Source of the DNA: a virus | Taxonomy: Duplodnaviria > Caudoviricetes | IMG/VR virus record: IMGVR_UViG_3300045580_000289 | Span: 1 to 39,799 of that record | Strand: one strand, 5' to 3' | DNA length: 39,799 nucleotides | Part shown: positions 35,210 through 39,799 of the stretch, one piece after another | How the letters are laid out: each line of letters begins with the position of its first letter | How positions within the stretch are numbered: position 1 is the stretch's first letter | Notes under the pieces: model-generated | What the model was told of the DNA's origin: nothing | The model's database searches: none | The model's input: only the letters and a program-made list of their open reading frames with translations | Made by a program: the position numbers and the translations under genes

Positions 35210-36855
35210 CGCATGCCTCCCGCCTTCAGCCGCATGCGAAGCTTGCCCAACGCCCAGGGCGTGTCTGCCGTGGGTGTCAGGCGCATGGCCATGGAGCGCG
35301 AGCGGAAGCGAACACCCGTATAACCTTCAGTGTTGTTCAGCGAGATGGGCCCCACGACACGCTCAGGAGCCGCAGGCGCCTGGCGCAGCTTGAACGTCAG
35401 GGCGTATGCAGGCTCCGAGTAGTCGAACCCGTGGACCGGGTCATTCGTCCAGCCATCCTGCCAGATCCGGTCAACGCGCATGACGCGGTCACCATTGGCA
35501 ATCTCGAACTGGCCCGTCTCGGCGTAAATGTCATTGACGCGCGTGGCGCCGGCGGCGAGATCTCCGGTCTCATGGAAATACTCGTACTGGCCATTGAACA
35601 GGATGGGCTTGCTGTCCCAGATCGGATTGAGCCAGGCCGTGCGCGCGAGTTGCCCCATCGACCAGTAAGGCTCGCCGGCGATCGACACGAACACGTAGCG
35701 GTCTGGGCTTGGCGAGCCCGTCGAGGGGTAGAAGCACCAGATCTCGCGGTTGTACTCGTTATAGCCAAGGAAGACGTTGGCCGGATTGCTGAGGTTGCCC
35801 CGGAGCAGCACCTCACTGTCGACCGTCGAGGGCACCGGCGTGATGGCGCCATCGAAGCGCCAGAAGCCTTCCTTGGAGAGCCAGAAAGCCCCGCCCGTGA
35901 CAGAGACAAGCGTATTCTTGCCCGCACAGCCCACCTCGTCAGAGAGACGACGACGGGCGTAATAGGCAGGCGCGCCCACGTACTCGATCATGTGCGCGTC
36001 GACATCGGTCAGCACGAGGATGCCGCCCTGCACCGGGCAGGCCGCAACGATCGAGCCCGAGCTGTTGAGCTCGAACCCGCCAGCGGTGTTCGTGGCCGAG
36101 GCCGTCCAGGTCGTGATGTCTTCGCGGTTGCACCATTTCACCCGGCGCGGGTTGTTCCGGCCGCCGAGCACCATGACCATGCGCTCCTCGGTCACGACGA
36201 CGAGGCCGTTGCCGGTGGGTGCATTCGTCACCGGCTGCGCCACGACGGTAGGGGTCGACGGATCCCACGAGAACAGGCGGCCGTCCTGGGTGTGGACGGC
36301 GACGAGGTAGCGCCCGAAATTGTCGAGGGACCACTGGCCGATGCTGTCCGACACGGTGGGCGCACCCTTCCCGTAGTAGCCGTCGCCGAAAAGGCCGGCG
36401 CCGTAGCCTGACACCGGGGGCTTGCTCCACACAAGACCGGCCGGTGTGATCGTGCGGACGGTCGTATTCGTGGGGCTGGGCGAGGTGGCGTAAAGGTTTC
36501 GCTGCGTGCCGACCGCGTACCACGGGGTCTTGCCGTTGTCGACCCAGGAATAGGCATCGCGGACAATCTCGAGGGCTGACGGTTGGGATCCGGGGATGAT
36601 CTCCGCGGCCGTGGCCGTGCGGACGGCCGAGGCATCGGTCGTGAAATCAAGCGACATGCCCTGCCACTCGTCGCCGATGAGGCTGGTGTCGACGCCGAAG
36701 CCCTTGCCCTTCACCCAGCCCTTGATCGGCGTGAGTTGCCCCTGCTCCCAACGCACCCAATTCACGTCCCACCAGCGGCGCCCCACGGAATAGGGAGTGC
36801 CGTTCCGAACGACGCCGGGCGGGATGTCAAGAACTGGTGCGCTCTCTCCGCTCAT
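35206..36855 (-). CDS. Tail nozzle / DNA stabilisation protein (P22 gp10-like beta-propeller)
   Basis: IPPGV.RNGT.Y....RW.D.N.VRW, WSLDNFG..L, R.V.W...ED.T.W.....N.AG, EIW.FYPS, G.L.RT.W, G.R end. Confidence 0.88.
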   Translation of the reverse strand: MSGESAPVLDIPPGVVRNGTPYSVGRRWWDVNWVRWEQGQLTPIKGWVKGKGFGVDTSLIGDEWQGMSLDFTTDASAVRTATAAEIIPGSQPSALEIVRDAYSWVDNGKTPWYAVGTQRNLYATSPSPTNTTVRTITPAGLVWSKPPVSGYGAGLFGDGYYGKGAPTVSDSIGQWSLDNFGRYLVAVHTQDGRLFSWDPSTPTVVAQPVTNAPTGNGLVVVTEERMVMVLGGRNNPRRVKWCNREDITTWTASATNTAGGFELNSSGSIVAACPVQGGILVLTDVDAHMIEYVGAPAYYARRRLSDEVGCAGKNTLVSVTGGAFWLSKEGFWRFDGAITPVPSTVDSEVLLRGNLSNPANVFLGYNEYNREIWCFYPSTGSPSPDRYVFVSIAGEPYWSMGQLARTAWLNPIWDSKPILFNGQYEYFHETGDLAAGATRVNDIYAETGQFEIANGDRVMRVDRIWQDGWTNDPVHGFDYSEPAYALTFKLRQAPAAPERVVGPISLNNTEGYTGVRFRSRSMAMRLTPTADTPWALGKLRMRLKAGGMR

Positions 36856-37091
36856 CAAATCGCGTCCAAAATTGCCTTGAGTTCGGTTTCGGTTGTTGCA
36901 GCGTCAATACGCAACTGCATCGCCGCATACTTGTCACGAATGACCTGGCGCGAAACCTCTGCCGCCGCAGCCTGCGCGCCGGGGATCTGCAGCGCGATGA
37001 TCTGATCGTAGGGGGCGAATTCCTGCGCCCGGCGAGCACGGCGAATGTCGTGTGCGATGGATTTCGCCTTGTTCAGGTTAACCGAGATCAT
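36855..37091 (-). CDS. Tail fibre assembly-like small protein, 78 aa
   Basis: I.VN..KAK.IAH..RR..R..EF.P.D; downstream of fibre. Confidence 0.7.
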   Translation of the reverse strand: MISVNLNKAKSIAHDIRRARRAQEFAPYDQIIALQIPGAQAAAAEVSRQVIRDKYAAMQLRIDAATTETELKAILDAI

Positions 37092-37279
37092 GCGGCGTAC
37101 TCCCAAGCATCGCGGAACGTGCGGTCGGTCGGGATTTCGGATACGTCGACAATCTTAAAAGGCTTGCCAGCAGGCACGTCTTTGGCTGCGATCTGTTCGA
37201 TTGTGAGGCCGCAGTCTGGTGCCGGCGCTACAATAGCGACGCCGCCGTCATTGGTCGGATATATTATGCACTTTTCCAT
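37088..37279 (-). CDS. Tail fibre-associated small protein, 63 aa
   Basis: IIY....GGVA...P......IE.IA.KDVP.G.P..IVD...IP.DRTFR.AW. Confidence 0.75.
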   Translation of the reverse strand: MEKCIIYPTNDGGVAIVAPAPDCGLTIEQIAAKDVPAGKPFKIVDVSEIPTDRTFRDAWEYAA

Positions 37280-37283
37280 ATAA

Positions 37284-38408
37284 CTACCCCATAACGATGA
37301 CGGCAACATTGTCCGGGTTAAAGACCGTTGGATTGCCGTTGTTTTGATGGACTGTGTTTATCCGCAGTGCCGCGGCGGTCGGCGACACTGAAGGGTGTCG
37401 GCAAACGACACCGTAGTTTGATCGCGTGCAGCATCCGGCATATGCGTAGTTTGCATCCGGCATGGCCGTTGCAAAGTTGACCGTAAAGTCTCCCGTCCCA
37501 TTGTCGGTTACGCTGGTCACATTTCCAGAGCCATTAACAGCAAGTGTAGCAAGGGAAGGATTGAACCTAACCCAGGCCCGCGCAGCATAGATCGGAGCTG
37601 AGCCTGACTGAGCTCCGTTCAGCTTCGCCGGCGTGATGCTGGCGTCTGCAATCTTGGCTGTAGTGACGTTCGCATCAAGGATTTTGGCCGTCGTCACGTT
37701 GTTGTCGGCGATCTTGACGGTCGTCACAGACCCATCGGCGATTTCAGCGGTTCCGACGCTGCCGTCAGTGATCTCGGAAGACCCGACCGCGCTCAACACC
37801 GCCAAGGCGCCCAGCCCGAGCGAGGTGCGGGCCTGAGCCGGCGTCTCCGTTATCCACGTCGAGCCGTTGCTCACGATGAAATTGTCCGCGGCGTGGCTCA
37901 AACCGGCCAGAGCCGTGAGATCCGCGTCGAGGGGCTGATAGCTGCCGGTGTCGAGCACCCAGGTGTTTGCCCCCGTCTTGGTCAGAAAGCCCGAGGTGCC
38001 TGCGAGGCCGGCAATGGCCGTCAAGTCAGCGTCAAGGGGCTGATAGCTCGAGGTATCGAGCACCCACGTATTGGCCCCGGTCTTGGTCAGGAAGCCCGAC
38101 GTTCCGGCAAGCGCGCCGATGGCCGTCAGATCAGCATCGAGGGGCTGGTAGGACGTGGTGTCGAGCGTCCAGGTGTTGGCGCCCGTCTTGGTCAGGATCC
38201 CGCTCGTGCCCGCAAGCCCGGCGATAGCCGTGAGATCGGCGTCGGCATCCTGCTTGGAGCTCTGCAGCGCCGTGATCGCGTCGGCTCGCGCCTTGATCTG
38301 CGTGTCGACCGTGTCCCAGTTAGAGTTGAGGTAGGGCCCCCAGGCATCCTCTTCCTCGAACGGATTGGGCTTTATCAGGCCGTAGTTGGTGGTTACTGTC
38401 GTGCCCAT
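37284..38408 (-). CDS. Tail fibre protein, 374 aa
   Basis: T.NYGL.KP.....D.WG..LN.N N-terminus; internal repeats; ARAWV.F...SGNV.SVTD.GTG.F.VNF...MPDANY C-terminus. Confidence 0.85.
   Translation of the reverse strand: MGTTVTTNYGLIKPNPFEEEDAWGPYLNSNWDTVDTQIKARADAITALQSSKQDADADLTAIAGLAGTSGILTKTGANTWTLDTTSYQPLDADLTAIGALAGTSGFLTKTGANTWVLDTSSYQPLDADLTAIAGLAGTSGFLTKTGANTWVLDTGSYQPLDADLTALAGLSHAADNFIVSNGSTWITETPAQARTSLGLGALAVLSAVGSSEITDGSVGTAEIADGSVTTVKIADNNVTTAKILDANVTTAKIADASITPAKLNGAQSGSAPIYAARAWVRFNPSLATLAVNGSGNVTSVTDNGTGDFTVNFATAMPDANYAYAGCCTRSNYGVVCRHPSVSPTAAALRINTVHQNNGNPTVFNPDNVAVIVMG
37905..38250 (-). repeat. About 3.3 tandem 105-bp (35-aa) repeats in tail fibre
   Basis: YQPLDADLTAIxxLAGTSGFLTKTGANTWVLDTxS; TCGAGC anchors at 37951, 38056, 38161. 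Confidence 0.9.
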
Positions 38409-38409
38409 A

Positions 38410-39021
38410 TCAAATGATCCTCAACGTGCGGCGAAGCGGCGTGCTGCCAAGCTTCACTCTCTTGGGGTTCTCGTTCGCGGCCTTGAGCGCCGAGAGATAT
38501 TTGGCCTCGAACAGGGCCGCGCGGTCGTCTTCGACGATGTAGTTCGAGCCCTCGATCAGGCAGGCCCAGAGCATCAGATCTGAGTAGCTGGTCGTGAAAA
38601 CGTTTGAGCTCACGGACACCGAGATAGGCGGCACTGCGACGAAATAGTCGATGGCCACGATGGTGCCGTCCACGAGGGTCGGCCAGAGGATGATCTGCCC
38701 CGCGTCGATCGCGAAGAGACGCTGCGTCTCGTCATCGGCCGCCTTGCGGTTGGCGATCTCGCCCTTGGTCGCAGCCTCGTAGGTTCCGACACCATCGACC
38801 GACACCTGGCGGATCCTCGAGAAATCCGCCGGCAAAGTCACTGAGCCCGAGGCCGCCGTGCGGTTGATCGTGGCCTCCATCTCCCAAGCGTTCAGCTCCC
38901 GGTTCAGCCGAGACTGCGCCAGGCTGATGAAGCCCTGAACCTCGGCATCGGTCAGGTTGTCGGCATTGAGCCAAGTGCGGACCCCAGCAGTCCATGCGGC
39001 GTAGTTGGCGTAGAGCGTCAC
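38410..39021 (-). CDS. Head-tail adaptor protein
   Basis: WLN..L....FI.LA..RLNR.L....ME...LP.DF...Y.DL.L.A.L.E; GGGAGG SD, GTGA coupling. Confidence 0.82.
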   Translation of the reverse strand: MTLYANYAAWTAGVRTWLNADNLTDAEVQGFISLAQSRLNRELNAWEMEATINRTAASGSVTLPADFSRIRQVSVDGVGTYEAATKGEIANRKAADDETQRLFAIDAGQIILWPTLVDGTIVAIDYFVAVPPISVSVSSNVFTTSYSDLMLWACLIEGSNYIVEDDRAALFEAKYLSALKAANENPKRVKLGSTPLRRTLRII

Positions 39022-39242
39022 TTGGCGCCTCCCGTGCAATCCCGAGCCATCTGCAGCAGCCGCTCCTGGAGGGCGTCCTGCTTTGCGAGCTGCTTCTGGA
39101 CGAAGGCGTCAACGCCCGTGACGCGGCGGTGCTCCCACCAGCCGAAGCCCGCGATCAGCACGACGTTCAGAAGCAGCAAGCCCGTCAGGATGGGGCTGGC
39201 CTTGTAGGCGTCGACGATGCGGCCGGCGAGCTCGTCGGTCAT
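39018..39242 (-). CDS. Single-TM holin-like protein, 74 aa
   Basis: PILTGLLLLNVVLIAGFGWW; directly after endolysin. Confidence 0.6.
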   Translation of the reverse strand: MTDELAGRIVDAYKASPILTGLLLLNVVLIAGFGWWEHRRVTGVDAFVQKQLAKQDALQERLLQMARDCTGGAK

Positions 39243-39718
39243 TGCACCAGGCTCCTGATGTAATTGCCGCAGGCCTTGGCCGTCTGCAGCTCAGGCTTGC
39301 CGGGAATGCCGAAGGCAATGTCCACCTTGCCATTCTGCTTGATGCCCAGTGTCGTCTGGACCTCGGCGTGGGAGAGCACCGTCGAGGCCGTTACGGGGAT
39401 CCCGTACTGCTTCGCCAGCTTCTTCACGAGGGCCATGCAGGCATCAAACTGGACCTTGGTCAGAGGATACTTGCCAAGCCTGCCGGGCCCTTCAGCGCCG
39501 AGCATACCAGCCATCGCCACGCCGATTGATCCGGCATTGCAGCCTCGCGTGTGGGCCGCGTAGATGCCATCCGACGTGCTGAGATTGTCTTCGATCGGGT
39601 GATCGCCCTTCACGATCGTGCCGTCACCGGCAACAATCCGATGGTAGTGCTCGCGGTCAATGTCCGAGACATTGTGCGAGCCAGCCGACCAATGGAGGAT
39701 GATCCGCTTCATGCTCAC
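39239..39718 (-). CDS. Endolysin, N-acetylmuramoyl-L-alanine amidase (Amidase_2), 159 aa
   Basis: RIILHWSAG, HYH....DG, AHT.G.N.GSIGV, VLSHAEV, K.D. Confidence 0.9.
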   Translation of the reverse strand: MSMKRIILHWSAGSHNVSDIDREHYHRIVAGDGTIVKGDHPIEDNLSTSDGIYAAHTRGCNAGSIGVAMAGMLGAEGPGRLGKYPLTKVQFDACMALVKKLAKQYGIPVTASTVLSHAEVQTTLGIKQNGKVDIAFGIPGKPELQTAKACGNYIRSLVQ

Positions 39719-39799
39719 GCGGCAGGCTCCGCGGGAACGTAATAGCTCATCCCCCCCGCCCAGATGCGCCGGGGGTTGTCTACGGAAGCGGGGTCAACC
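39660..39799 (+). repeat. Terminal overlap copy 2 (matches 1-140)
   Basis: Direct comparison, 137/140 identical. Confidence 0.97.

Larger units (their letters stand above)
1..39799. mobile_element. Complete circularly closable temperate phage genome, podovirus-like morphogenesis module, likely Alphaproteobacteria host
   Basis: End-to-end overlap, full set of packaging, head, short-tail, lysis, replication, immunity and integration genes, no tape measure gene, no flanking host genes. Confidence 0.93.

Overview
The window is an apparently complete temperate podovirus-like phage genome, most likely infecting Alphaproteobacteria (it carries a GapR/DUF2312 gene and an RcGTA-type head-spike base). 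Bases 1-140 are repeated at 39660-39799 with 3 mismatches, giving a circular unit of about 39,659 bp. The minus strand carries a long cro-to-late operon: cro, CII-position gene, RusA, a DGQHR/ParB-like protein, a ParB-MT-A70 methylase, replication genes, GapR, a Mom-like gene, terS/terL, P22-like portal, scaffold, major capsid, head-spike base/adaptor/fibre, and then across the junction an amidase, adaptor, tail fibre, nozzle, holin-like genes and ejection proteins. The plus strand carries cI and an early operon (Gp157, ERF, HNH, many small genes, xis, integrase) ending at an attP-like region. Five 16-bp operators, iteron-like origin repeats and integrase arm repeats can be read directly. The most unusual feature is a head-fibre gene split from its N-terminal anchor, whose 'SLDF' peptide occurs twice in an 80-aa adaptor and again as a 16/24-identical insert in the tail nozzle, suggesting a plug-in docking system for one fibre on both head and tail. 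Also notable are two antisense mini-genes sharing an upstream motif inside the ejection-protein block, and a ParB/MT-A70/Mom DNA-modification set. Family assignments come from motif recognition only; no database searches were run.
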